In this document: positions 18,291-27,793 of the stretch, in pieces | Layout: every line of letters begins with the position of its first letter | How positions within the stretch are numbered: position 1 is the stretch's first letter | Source: Sulfurospirillum sp. | GTDB lineage: Bacteria; Campylobacterota; Campylobacteria; Campylobacterales; QNZT01 | Length of the DNA stretch: 59,198 nucleotides | Reading direction: 5' to 3' | Assembly (NCBI GenBank): GCA_024762235.1 | Contig: JANTHT010000001.1 | Location: 1-59,198, forward strand | The notes under the pieces: model-generated | The model's database searches: none | Told to the model about the DNA's origin: nothing | Seen by the model: only the letters and a program-made list of their open reading frames with translations | Position numbers and translations under genes: made by a program

Positions 18291-19085
18291 TTAATTTTGT
18301 GTTAAATTGAGATCCCGACCCCGTTTTTGGAAGATGTATCGGGCGCCTTTGACTCCTGCAAACGGCGGTATGTGGGTCTGTTCAAAATGGAGATAGCCGG
18401 ACTGCAGGTTTTTCCAGAATGGGTACCAGTGGCTCCTTCTGAATGCGTCAAGATTCTTTTCACTCATGCGAAAGGGGTAGATGGCGACATAGATAAACTT
18501 CTGTCCCTGTTTCAGGGCCGCCTCCACCATGTGGTAGATCTCTTCGATTTGGCTGTTTCCCATCGCAAAACAGCCGCTCGAGGAGCATTTGCCATGAATC
18601 ATGATGAGGTCTCCGTCCCGATGATGGTTGCGATCGTAGCGGTTGGGATAGTTGATATTGAGCGCGAGATGGTAGTGGCTGTTGGGATTGAGGCTTGCCG
18701 GTGTGAGAGCATAGATACCTTCGGGCGCCTGTCTGTCTCCGGAGCGGAGCTTGGGCCCCAGATAGCCGGAGTATCGGCAGATGGGGTAGCTTTTTAGCAT
18801 ATGGTAGCGCTTCCCTTTTTTCGCCCAGAGCTCGAGTATTTTTTCACGTTTGAAGATACGGATATAGAGCGGTGCACCGGCTTTGATCCGCAGTGTTTTG
18901 AGTCTTGTTTCAATGGCAATCGCATTGGGTTGAAAGCAAACCCGCGGCAAATGCTTTTTCTTCCGGAGCGTTTCGGGCTCTGCTACTCTCTGTGACTGTG
19001 CAGCGCTTTTTGTCTGATTGAACGCACTAGTGCAACCAGTGCTGAAGAGAAGAATCATGATGGCCAAAGTGAATATTTTCTGCAT
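18291..19085 (-). CDS. YafK-like L,D-transpeptidase family protein
   Basis: Lipoprotein-type signal (LFSTGC). YkuD catalytic motif (LIMIHGKCSSSGCFAM) and YafK-like flanks (PICRYSGYLGPKLRSGDRQAPEGIY). Confidence 0.8.
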   Translation of the reverse strand: MQKIFTLAIMILLFSTGCTSAFNQTKSAAQSQRVAEPETLRKKKHLPRVCFQPNAIAIETRLKTLRIKAGAPLYIRIFKREKILELWAKKGKRYHMLKSYPICRYSGYLGPKLRSGDRQAPEGIYALTPASLNPNSHYHLALNINYPNRYDRNHHRDGDLIMIHGKCSSSGCFAMGNSQIEEIYHMVEAALKQGQKFIYVAIYPFRMSEKNLDAFRRSHWYPFWKNLQSGYLHFEQTHIPPFAGVKGARYIFQKRGRDLNLTQN

Positions 19086-19167
19086 ATCGGTATGGTAACA
19101 AAAACTCTATTTGCAACACGTTAATTTTTTTTGTATAATCAATCATCTCGATATTAAAGGAATAGAT

Positions 19168-19719
19168 ATGGGTCTTATGGATATATTGATGCAGGCTGGC
19201 GGCGGTTCGTTGATCGATCAGGTAGCGAAACAGGCAGGTCTCTCCCCGGAACAGGCGCAGGATCTGGTCAAGTCGGTAGGCAGTGCGATGGCCGGACAGG
19301 TCAAAGGACGTATCGAAAGCCCGAAGGTCGATTCAGGTGATCTGGAAGATCTGCTGCGTGACAGCAAATATGCCCATATGATCGACAAGCCCGATGATTT
19401 TCTCAACTCCGGCAAACGTGAAGAGGAGGGGATCGAAGTACTCAAGCATGTGACCGGTTCCAGAGAAGTGAGCCGTGAAGTGGCTTCGGAAGTGGCGAAC
19501 AAGAGTGGTTTCGACACATCGCTGATCAAATCTCTGTTGCCGATGCTCGCACCCCTGGTCATCGGTGCATTGAGCAAGGGACTTGCCAGCGACGATGTAC
19601 CGGTCAACATGAAGCCGAGCCGGGAAAGTGACAACGGGCTGATGGGTATGCTCGACTTTGACAACGACGGCAGCATCATGGACGATGTGGCTGGACTGGC
19701 GATGAAGTATATCTTTTAA
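19168..19719 (+). CDS. DUF937-like protein
   Basis: Start chosen at the ATG at 19168 (MGLMDILMQAGGGSLIDQVAKQAGLSPEQAQ). The N-terminus and length resemble the DUF937/YidB-like family. Confidence 0.5.
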   Translation: MGLMDILMQAGGGSLIDQVAKQAGLSPEQAQDLVKSVGSAMAGQVKGRIESPKVDSGDLEDLLRDSKYAHMIDKPDDFLNSGKREEEGIEVLKHVTGSREVSREVASEVANKSGFDTSLIKSLLPMLAPLVIGALSKGLASDDVPVNMKPSRESDNGLMGMLDFDNDGSIMDDVAGLAMKYIF

Positions 19720-19733
19720 CAGATCGTTTTCAT

Positions 19734-20543
19734 GTGATAAAAGCGTCAAAAGTGAGAATAGTTGTCACATCTGTTATGTTGTGGGCGTCTCTTTTGGCGC
19801 TTCCCCTGCGTGCCGGATGGCTGGAAGAGAACAGGAAAATAGTCAGGACCAATCTTATCGGCAGTGCCGTGATATTGACGTGGGGGTATTTCACGTGGGA
19901 TTACGGTTCGAGAGCTCCCCACTTTGCGCACGAGGGGTGGTTTGGCAAAAAGACCAAACATGGCGGGATGGACAAACTGGGCCACCTCTATACCAACTAT
20001 CTCCTGACGCAGATACTTGCCGCCAGATTTCGGGATTATGGCTACACGCAGAGGTATGCCGCCTGTACGGGCGCGATCTCTTCTTTCTTTCTGAACGGCG
20101 TTATGGAAGTGGGTGATTCATTCGGTGATTACGGGTTCAGTTACGAGGATATCATCTTCAATGCTGTCGGCGCATCACTGGGGTATCTCATGCTTACGGA
20201 GAGAACGATCGACGATGCAGTCGATATACGGATTTCATATCTGCCCAGCCGCAGGGTCAGAAGCGGTGCCGATACCGATATATTTACCGATTATGAGGGC
20301 ATGAAGTTTCTGGCGGCTTACAAATTCTCATCGCTTCCGGGTTCACGTACACACTTCTGGCGGTATCTCGAACTGCATGCAGGTTACTATGTCAGAAGCG
20401 AGGGTGGGCAAAACCGTCGATATCCCTACCTCGGTATCGGTATCAACTTCAGTACGCTGCTGGCGCCTCTTGGCAGAAATCTTTCACGACTGTTCGAATT
20501 TTACCAGCCCCCGCTTGGATATATACCTGTCACGCCAAAATGA
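19734..20543 (+). CDS. Envelope protein, DUF2279-like
   Basis: GTG start, signal peptide, and a GGMDKLGHLYTNY motif reminiscent of DUF2279 predicted lipoproteins. The C-terminal half is beta-rich. Confidence 0.4.
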   Translation: MIKASKVRIVVTSVMLWASLLALPLRAGWLEENRKIVRTNLIGSAVILTWGYFTWDYGSRAPHFAHEGWFGKKTKHGGMDKLGHLYTNYLLTQILAARFRDYGYTQRYAACTGAISSFFLNGVMEVGDSFGDYGFSYEDIIFNAVGASLGYLMLTERTIDDAVDIRISYLPSRRVRSGADTDIFTDYEGMKFLAAYKFSSLPGSRTHFWRYLELHAGYYVRSEGGQNRRYPYLGIGINFSTLLAPLGRNLSRLFEFYQPPLGYIPVTPK

Positions 20544-20605
20544 ACCGGTGCTTGCCGGACGGCAACAGAGCGGATACGATGCACTATAGTTTAGTGCCAT
20601 AGTTT

Positions 20606-20614
20606 TGGTATAAT
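20606..20614 (+). promoter_or_regulatory. Candidate extended -10 promoter (TGGTATAAT) for the AAA+ ATPase gene
   Basis: The TGnTATAAT match ends 32 nt upstream of the TTG start at 20646. Confidence 0.35.
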
Positions 20615-20645
20615 GGTATGAAACGAAATAGATACAGGGATACAT

Positions 20646-22382
20646 TTGCAATTTTTAATAGATTTTCTAGAGACGAAAGAGATCACCGAAACAAAGATTT
20701 TCGAACAGCTTAAATGCTCAGTCGAAGAGGCTGAGATCCTGCGTCATATCACCCGAAAACATATCAAGGGAAATGAAGAGAATTCGGTTTTTTTGATTCT
20801 GGATGAACTCTTTTCGACTGAAGGGTACGACTATATTTTGAAGCTCCCCCTCGTTAAAAATCTCCTCGATCTGGGGTGGATCGTCCAGAGCAGTTTTGCA
20901 CAGGTCAAAACCGAAGAGGTTTCCCAGATAGAGTTGGTCAATGCGACCGTGATGTTGAGCAAAAGTTTCGAGAGGCTTCTCGAAGAGGGCTCGCTGGAGG
21001 TGGAACTTCCTCAGTCGAGCCCCTATACGGACCATCTCGAGTATCTGAGGGATCAGTTTCACCGTATCGAACTCTATCAGAAGATCAGTACCATCCGACA
21101 CAACTATAAAAAGCGCTCTTTGAGTATCGAACGTCTTGAAAAAAGCCTCAAGATGCTGGAAAACCGCATCTGCGATCGTATTGGAGCGACGAAGATGGAG
21201 CTTGCGGCTGAGCGCCTTTTCAAAGAGTTTTCACTCAGCAAAAAGGAGCAGATCATCTTTCTGGCACTGCTTAAAGAGGAGTATTCGGGAGAGGTGGACA
21301 GCCTCAGGGAGATGAACAATCTGATCAACCTGGTAAGCGAAAACGATTATGACAAGATCAAGAACCGCTCTTTGCTGGAGGAGAACGCGACATTGATCGA
21401 TGAGGAGATTATCGATTATGACGAGATGCTGACCGCTTTCGGCGGTGTGACGCGCAGCTTTTATATCAATGAAGAGTATCTCCATAAGATCATACACCCG
21501 CATAAAGCGAAAAAGAAAAAGAGCCGTATCAAACTGGAAACGCTCGTCAGGGAGCAGGATATCTTCGAGTTGATCACGCCCCGTACGAGTATAGAAGATG
21601 TCGTGCTTCACCCCCGGACGCGCGAGATACTCGACAATATCCTCAAAACGATGGACAAGCGTGTGCTCAAGCGTCTCAAAGAGTGGGGCATACGGAACAA
21701 GAAAAGCGGTCTGGAAGCGCGGCTCATCTTCTATGGACCGCCGGGTACCGGAAAGACGATGACCGCCTACTCGCTGGCGAAGTCTCTGAAGCGCAAGGTC
21801 CTCAGTTTCGACTGTTCGAAAATACTCTCCATGTATGTCGGCGAGAGTGAAAAGAATGTCCGGCGCATCTTCGAGACCTATGAAGAACTCACCGAGAAGA
21901 CCAGGACATCACCGGTACTGCTGCTTAACGAGGCGGATCAGTTCCTCAGCTCCCGTACGACCGGATCGGGAGGCGGTGCAGATAAGATGCACAATCAGAT
22001 GCAGAATATTTTTCTGGAACAGATCGAGAAATTCGAAGGGGTTTTGATTGCGACGACAAACCTGCTGGAGAGTATCGATCCCGCTTTCTCGAGAAGGTTC
22101 AACTATAAGCTCGAGTTTAAAAAACCGGGTTATGCACAACGCAAACTTCTATGGGAAAAAATGTTACCCGAGAACGCACCCTATGCAGAAGATTTTTCTA
22201 TAGAGAAGCTGGCGCACTATGAACTGAGCGGGGGTCAGATCGACGTCGTGATCAAAAATACGGCACTCGCCGTGGCGGTAACAGAAGAGCCCGTTTTTAC
22301 AGTGAAATCCTTTGAAGAGACGATAAAAAGGGAACTTTCAGGCGCTTTCGGAGAAGAGAAAACGATGGGATTCGTCGCATAA
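20646..22382 (+). CDS. AAA+ ATPase (classical AAA clade) with ~330-aa uncharacterised N-terminal region
   Basis: Walker A GPPGTGKT, Walker B LLLNEADQ, and an arginine-finger region (PAFSRRF). TTG start; there is no ATG upstream in frame. Confidence 0.8.
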   Translation: MQFLIDFLETKEITETKIFEQLKCSVEEAEILRHITRKHIKGNEENSVFLILDELFSTEGYDYILKLPLVKNLLDLGWIVQSSFAQVKTEEVSQIELVNATVMLSKSFERLLEEGSLEVELPQSSPYTDHLEYLRDQFHRIELYQKISTIRHNYKKRSLSIERLEKSLKMLENRICDRIGATKMELAAERLFKEFSLSKKEQIIFLALLKEEYSGEVDSLREMNNLINLVSENDYDKIKNRSLLEENATLIDEEIIDYDEMLTAFGGVTRSFYINEEYLHKIIHPHKAKKKKSRIKLETLVREQDIFELITPRTSIEDVVLHPRTREILDNILKTMDKRVLKRLKEWGIRNKKSGLEARLIFYGPPGTGKTMTAYSLAKSLKRKVLSFDCSKILSMYVGESEKNVRRIFETYEELTEKTRTSPVLLLNEADQFLSSRTTGSGGGADKMHNQMQNIFLEQIEKFEGVLIATTNLLESIDPAFSRRFNYKLEFKKPGYAQRKLLWEKMLPENAPYAEDFSIEKLAHYELSGGQIDVVIKNTALAVAVTEEPVFTVKSFEETIKRELSGAFGEEKTMGFVA

Positions 22383-22586
22383 GATTCCTCCTTTTTTCGG
22401 GTGCTGCCCATCTACGGGGGTACTCTCTGCACGGGTAGCGTTTTTCTCAAAAACTGCACCTTCCCAAACCGGAAATTTTGTATCGTTTTGTTACAAAAAA
22501 CGCATCTTCGGCTGATGCCCTGAACGGCCTGCACCCTTTTTAAACTTAATAGTGTAAAATTTACAATCGAAAAATATTGTTGAAAA

Positions 22587-22592
22587 TATAAT
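22587..22592 (+). promoter_or_regulatory. Candidate -10 box (TATAAT) for the nuo operon
   Basis: TATAAT sits in an AT-rich tract 27 nt upstream of the nuoA ATG, with a GAAGGA RBS between them. Confidence 0.3.
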
Positions 22593-22618
22593 ATTTACCA
22601 ATCTTTGAAGGATCGAAT

Positions 22619-23008
22619 ATGAGCCATATGGACACGATGCATCCTTATTTCGGAGCATTTATCTTCTTCGTCTTGACTTTCGGTGCGTTTATCGCTACAA
22701 CGGTTCTTGCAAGAGTCGTCAGTCGCAAACTGGCGCGCCTTGACAACGAAAAGCTGAAACTCACCATCTACGAGTGCGGCCCCGAAGTCTCCAAACAACC
22801 CAACAAGATCTCTGCACAGTTCTATCTCTTTGCATTGCTTTTTATTCTGTTCGACGTGGAAATCATCTTTATGTTTCCGTGGGCGATCGACTTTAAAGTG
22901 TTGGGCATGTTCGGTTTTGCGGAGATGATCATCTTCATCGTGTTACTGGCAATCGGTTTTATCTATGCATGGAAAAAAGGAGCACTTGAATGGCACACCA
23001 TAAAGTAA
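22619..23008 (+). CDS. nuoA: NADH-quinone oxidoreductase subunit A
   Basis: 129 aa with 3 TM helices and a NuoA-like sequence (YECG..FDVE..FMFPW). First gene of the nuo block. Confidence 0.9.
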   Translation: MSHMDTMHPYFGAFIFFVLTFGAFIATTVLARVVSRKLARLDNEKLKLTIYECGPEVSKQPNKISAQFYLFALLFILFDVEIIFMFPWAIDFKVLGMFGFAEMIIFIVLLAIGFIYAWKKGALEWHTIK

Positions 23009-23499
23009 ACTATCTTCAGGAAGGCGGACTTCCCGTTGCGTTGACAACAGTTGACAAACTGGTACAGTGGGGGCGCAGCAACTCACTGTGGGCACTGACA
23101 TACGGACTCGCATGCTGTGCGATCGAGATGATGGCATCGGGTGCGAGCCGCTATGACTTCGACCGTTTCGGTACGATCTTCCGTGCTTCACCCCGGCAGG
23201 CGGATGTTATGGTCGTTGCGGGAACACTGACCAAAAAGCATGCGGAGTTTATCCGACGCCTCTACGATCAGATGGCAGAACCCAAATGGGTCATCAGTAT
23301 GGGTAGCTGCGCCAATACCGGCGGCATGTTCAATACCTACGCAACCGTGCAGGGGTGTGACAGGGTGATTCCTGTGGATATCTACCTTCCCGGTTGTGCA
23401 CCGCGTCCGGAGACACTGCAGTATGCGGTACTCATGCTACAGAAAAAGATCAGACGTGAAAGTGCATTTCAAAAACTCAAACCAAAAAGGCTGGTCTGA
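22990..23499 (+). CDS. nuoB: NADH-quinone oxidoreductase subunit B
   Basis: N2 cluster motifs are present ([26 protein letters not shown]). Confidence 0.95.
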   Translation: MAHHKVNYLQEGGLPVALTTVDKLVQWGRSNSLWALTYGLACCAIEMMASGASRYDFDRFGTIFRASPRQADVMVVAGTLTKKHAEFIRRLYDQMAEPKWVISMGSCANTGGMFNTYATVQGCDRVIPVDIYLPGCAPRPETLQYAVLMLQKKIRRESAFQKLKPKRLV

Positions 23500-24302
23500 T
23501 GAGAAGATATACGGATAAAACGAACGTACAGGCAAAATCGTACCATACCGACAGATTTCATCAGAGACCACAGACACCCAAACTTGATCCGTCTACAGAC
23601 GAGGTTTTTGCAGAGGATCTGAAAAGTCTCAAGTCGAAGTTCGATATCAGGGATGCCTATATCGAAATCGACCAGCTTGTTGTGATTATCGATCCGAACG
23701 ACAATGTCAGGGTCATGACACATCTGCGTGACAAGTGCGGCTATACATTTTTGAGTGAAATGAGTGCGATCGACTATCTTGCAGGGGATGGTGAATTTGA
23801 GATCTTTTATCAGCTGCTGGCGATGACAAAGCGCAAACGCATGCGTGTGAAGTGCCGCATCAAGCAGAATCAGGCGATCGAAACCCTTTACGATGTCTAC
23901 AAAAGCGCCGACTGGGCTGAGCGTGAGATGTATGACATGTTCGGTGTCATCGTAAACAATCATCCATACATGAAGCGGCTTATCATGCCCGAAGACTGGG
24001 AAGGACATCCGCTTCTGAAAACCTATCCGCTGGTCGGAGACGAGGCTGCACAGTGGTATGAGATCGACAAGATTTTCGGAAAAGAGTACAGAGAGGTGGT
24101 GGGACCCGAGGATAGAGATACGAAACGCATTGATCCCAAAGATACCAAACACTACTCGAGAATCGGAAGCGAAGTTCCTTACGGTGCCAAACCTACCAAC
24201 AAGACCGATGAAGCGTATATCGATTTCCAGGAAGCAGACGGTGTGCCTTTGATCGAGAGATTTTCACTCAAAAATCAAAAAATATTGAAAGAAAGAAAGT
24301 AG
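23499..24302 (+). CDS. nuoC: NADH-quinone oxidoreductase subunit C
   Basis: 30-kDa subunit signature (..[19 protein letters not shown]..). Sits between nuoB and nuoD. Confidence 0.9.
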   Translation: MRRYTDKTNVQAKSYHTDRFHQRPQTPKLDPSTDEVFAEDLKSLKSKFDIRDAYIEIDQLVVIIDPNDNVRVMTHLRDKCGYTFLSEMSAIDYLAGDGEFEIFYQLLAMTKRKRMRVKCRIKQNQAIETLYDVYKSADWAEREMYDMFGVIVNNHPYMKRLIMPEDWEGHPLLKTYPLVGDEAAQWYEIDKIFGKEYREVVGPEDRDTKRIDPKDTKHYSRIGSEVPYGAKPTNKTDEAYIDFQEADGVPLIERFSLKNQKILKERK

Positions 24303-24306
24303 AGCC

Positions 24307-25539
24307 ATGCAGACACCAAACAGATTACAGCCCTTTTACGAAAACCTGGTTTTTGAAAGAGAAGACAATCGCATGATCGTCAACTTCGGTCCCCAGCACC
24401 CCTCTGCGCACGGACAGTTGCGACTGATACTCGAGCTCGACGGAGAGCAGGTGGTCAAAGCGGTTCCCGATATCGGGTATCTGCACCGGGGTATGGAGAA
24501 GATGGCGGAAAACATGATCTACAACGAATATCTGCCTACGACCGATCGTATGGATTATATCGCGGCGACTTCCAACAACTACGGTTTCGCACTGGCGGTA
24601 GAGCGACTTCTGGGTATCGAAAAAGATGTGCCGCGCCGTGCGAAGGTGATCCGTACGATGCTTCTGGAACTCAACCGTATCATCTCCCACCTTTTCTGGC
24701 TCGCGACACATGCACTCGATGTCGGTGCGATGAGTGTCTTCCTCTACTGTTTCCGCGAGAGAGAGTTTGCGATGGATCTGATGGAGGAGTATTGCGGCGC
24801 GAGACTGACGCACTCGTCCGTCCGTATCGGCGGTGTGCCGCTCGACCTGCCGGATGGCTGGCTGAACAAGATGCTGCACTACATCAACAAGATGCCCGAC
24901 AATATCGCCGACTATGAAGGGCTTCTGGATCAGAACCGTATCTGGAAGATGCGTCTCGAAGAGGTTGGTGTGCTGACGCCGGAAGATGCGATCAACTGGG
25001 GTTGTTCCGGGCCGACGCTCAGAGGCAGCGGTGTCGCTTACGATATCCGCAAAGAGGAGCCGTACGAGATTTACGACGAACTGGAGTTCAAAGTGCCTGT
25101 CGCGGACACGAACGACAGTTACGGACGTTACAAACTCTACATGCAGGAGATGAGAGAGTCTCTGAAGATTATCAGACAGTGTATCCATCTCTATAAAGAT
25201 ACTGATCCGCAACTGATGGCTGATGTACCACAGTATATCTCCGCGCCGAAAGAGCGTATCATGGCGGAGAACTACTCACTGATGCAGCACTTTGTGCTGG
25301 TTGCGCAGGGAATGCGACCGCCGGTCGGAGAAGTTTATGTCCCAACCGAGTCGCCAAAAGGTGAACTCGGATTTTATATCAGATCTGAGGGAGACCCCTA
25401 TCCATACAGACTGAAGGTGAGAGCACCGAGTTTCTGGCATACAAGCTTGTTACAGCATATCCTTCCAGGTACCTATCTGGCTGATGTTGTAACGATCATC
25501 GGTAATCTGAATATCGTTTTCGGTGAAATCGACAGATAG
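24307..25539 (+). CDS. nuoD: NADH-quinone oxidoreductase subunit D
   Basis: 49-kDa subunit motifs ([13 protein letters not shown], ..[10 protein letters not shown].., ..GEIDR at the C-terminus). Confidence 0.95.
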   Translation: MQTPNRLQPFYENLVFEREDNRMIVNFGPQHPSAHGQLRLILELDGEQVVKAVPDIGYLHRGMEKMAENMIYNEYLPTTDRMDYIAATSNNYGFALAVERLLGIEKDVPRRAKVIRTMLLELNRIISHLFWLATHALDVGAMSVFLYCFREREFAMDLMEEYCGARLTHSSVRIGGVPLDLPDGWLNKMLHYINKMPDNIADYEGLLDQNRIWKMRLEEVGVLTPEDAINWGCSGPTLRGSGVAYDIRKEEPYEIYDELEFKVPVADTNDSYGRYKLYMQEMRESLKIIRQCIHLYKDTDPQLMADVPQYISAPKERIMAENYSLMQHFVLVAQGMRPPVGEVYVPTESPKGELGFYIRSEGDPYPYRLKVRAPSFWHTSLLQHILPGTYLADVVTIIGNLNIVFGEIDR

Positions 25540-25554
25540 GCGGAGGGAAGCAGC

Positions 25555-25791
25555 ATGGAAAGATATGATTTGAGAAAATACAAAGAGGAAAAACTCTACA
25601 ACCGGATGGTGGAAGTGATGGATAAGGAAGCCAAACCGGGAGAGGTGATCATCTTCATGTTTGAACTGGGCGATTTCACACCTGTGACAAAAAGTATGGA
25701 TGTGATGAAAGAGCAGGGACATGAGCTGCTCAATTCGATTAAGTTCAATGAAGTAGACTGGACACTGGTGGTCAAAAGGAAAGCATCTTGA
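25555..25791 (+). CDS. Small protein occupying the nuoE position (Campylobacterota NuoX-like by position)
   Basis: 78-aa ORF with a GGAGGG RBS, located between nuoD and the flavoprotein gene. No NuoE 2Fe-2S cysteine motif. Confidence 0.6.
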   Translation: MERYDLRKYKEEKLYNRMVEVMDKEAKPGEVIIFMFELGDFTPVTKSMDVMKEQGHELLNSIKFNEVDWTLVVKRKAS

Positions 25792-27791
25792 GCAAAGTTC
25801 TCTTTTCTACATGGCAGGGTGAATTTATTGACAATAGAAATATCACCGACAGGGATGCATGGAAAGAGTCATCCTTCAAGGTACCGGCCAATTATGAGGG
25901 AGACAAAAATTCTAAAATATTCATCGGATGGAACGGACTTGTCGTTTTTGATGAAGATGTGGACGTGATCAAAGCGGGTACCGAGTATGCTGCACAGTAC
26001 CAGATCTACTCAGAAGCTTGCGGACGTTGTGCACCGGGCCGCTGGGGTGGAAGGATTCTCTACGATCTTTTTGACAAGATTGCGAGAGGTGAAGGTACAC
26101 AAGGTGATGTGGCACATTTGAAAGAGATTTCAGAGACGATGATGAAAACGAGCAAATGTGAAATTGGCCGTACCGTACCAAAGCCCCTTCTGGATATCCT
26201 TGAATATTTTAAAGAGGATGTGGATGATCTGATCGCGAACCAAAAGAAGTCTCCTGATTATGATAACGATAACATCAACTACATTGCGAAGGTGACAGCG
26301 CCCTGTATGGATGCCTGCCCTGACCATGTGGACATTCCCGCCTACATCGAAGGAGTACGGGATCTGCAGTTTGAGCTGAGTCTCAAGGCAACGAAGCAGA
26401 CGATGCCTCTGGCGCATACATGCGGACGCGTCTGTCCGCATCCATGTGAAGATGAGTGCCGTCGTGCCAACCTTGACGAACCAATTTCGATTATGGAGTT
26501 GAAACGACTTGGTGCAGATTTCGAAACGGAGCATGGGCTCGATTTTCTCTATCCGACTGAACAGAAGCCTCTCAGCGGCAAAAAAGTGGCGATCGTCGGT
26601 GCCGGTCCGGCCGGTTTGACCGCTGCCTACTACCTGGGGCTCGACGGTGTCGCGTGTGATGTCTATGAAGCGCTTCCCGTTCTTGGCGGAGAAGTGGCGG
26701 TGGGCGTCCCCGAGTATCGTATGCCATGGGAAGCGTACCGCAAAGATATCGAAGCGATCGATGCGCTTGAAGGTGTCACATTCTATACCAACACACCGGT
26801 TACAGCGGATATGCTAAGAAAATTTGAAAAAGAGTACGATGCGATATTACTCGCCAGTGGTACCAGACTGAGTAAAAAAGTACGTGCGAAAAATGAACGT
26901 CCTGACATGGAAGGGTACTGGCCCGCGATTCCATTTCTTGATCAGATCAATTTAAACGTCAAATGGGATCTCGCACCTGCGGTGGATCTGACCGGCAAAA
27001 CGGTTGTCTGCGTTGGAGGTGGTTTCACCTCCATGGATGTCGTGCGCTGTTCAGTTAGGGCCGGTGCTGAAAAAGTGATCATGCTCTATCGCAGGGATGA
27101 GAAGACGATCGTCCGCAACACTTCGTGGGAAGAGTATCATGAAGCGGTCGAAGAGGGTGTTGAATTTATCTTCCACTCGGCGATCGAAGAGATTTTCGAC
27201 GAAAACAACAAACTGACGAAACTGAAGGTCAACCGTTTTGAACTGGTTCCGGATCCAAACGGCGGCCGTGCACAGCTGGTGAAGATCGAGGGTGAAGATT
27301 TCGAGATAGAATGTGATTATCTGATTCCGGCTGTTTCGCAGGATGCGGATCTGGGATATATCCCTGAAGAGTGGGAGCTTGAGAAGACAAGCTGGAATAC
27401 ACTCAAAACGGACGGCAAGACTTATCAGACAAGTCGTGCCGGTATATTTGCCGCGGGAGATTGTGAATACGGTCCTATGACGATTGTCAATGCGGTTGGT
27501 CAGGCAAAGCGCGCATCATCGGTGATGAGCCGCTATGTGCATGACGGAAAACTCTCTCTGCTGGATGAAGAGATTATGGAAGATCATCTCAGAGCATTGA
27601 GGGTCTATGACAAGAAAGAGAAAGTGACAGGATGGGTTGCCGGCTTACCGAGAGAGGAGAGCGAAAAACTCGATGTCGATACGCGTAAATATTCTCAGGA
27701 AGAGGTGAATCTGGGATTTACGCATGAGCAGGCTGTCAACGAAGCGAGTCGTTGTATGCGCTGTTATTATATTGCGATGGTGGCGGTGTAA
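25788..27791 (+). CDS. NuoF-C-terminal-like / GltD-type NAD(P)H flavoprotein fusion in the nuoF position
   Basis: The TTG start overlaps the preceding TGA. The N-terminus resembles the NuoF Fe-S tail (EACGRCAPGRWGG..KCEIG). It is followed by GltD-like Fe-S (CMDACP..CGRVCPHPCEDEC), FAD (GAGPAGL), NAD(P)H (VGGGFTSMD) and AAGDC motifs. Confidence 0.75.
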   Translation: MSKVLFSTWQGEFIDNRNITDRDAWKESSFKVPANYEGDKNSKIFIGWNGLVVFDEDVDVIKAGTEYAAQYQIYSEACGRCAPGRWGGRILYDLFDKIARGEGTQGDVAHLKEISETMMKTSKCEIGRTVPKPLLDILEYFKEDVDDLIANQKKSPDYDNDNINYIAKVTAPCMDACPDHVDIPAYIEGVRDLQFELSLKATKQTMPLAHTCGRVCPHPCEDECRRANLDEPISIMELKRLGADFETEHGLDFLYPTEQKPLSGKKVAIVGAGPAGLTAAYYLGLDGVACDVYEALPVLGGEVAVGVPEYRMPWEAYRKDIEAIDALEGVTFYTNTPVTADMLRKFEKEYDAILLASGTRLSKKVRAKNERPDMEGYWPAIPFLDQINLNVKWDLAPAVDLTGKTVVCVGGGFTSMDVVRCSVRAGAEKVIMLYRRDEKTIVRNTSWEEYHEAVEEGVEFIFHSAIEEIFDENNKLTKLKVNRFELVPDPNGGRAQLVKIEGEDFEIECDYLIPAVSQDADLGYIPEEWELEKTSWNTLKTDGKTYQTSRAGIFAAGDCEYGPMTIVNAVGQAKRASSVMSRYVHDGKLSLLDEEIMEDHLRALRVYDKKEKVTGWVAGLPREESEKLDVDTRKYSQEEVNLGFTHEQAVNEASRCMRCYYIAMVAV

Positions 27792-27793
27792 AG

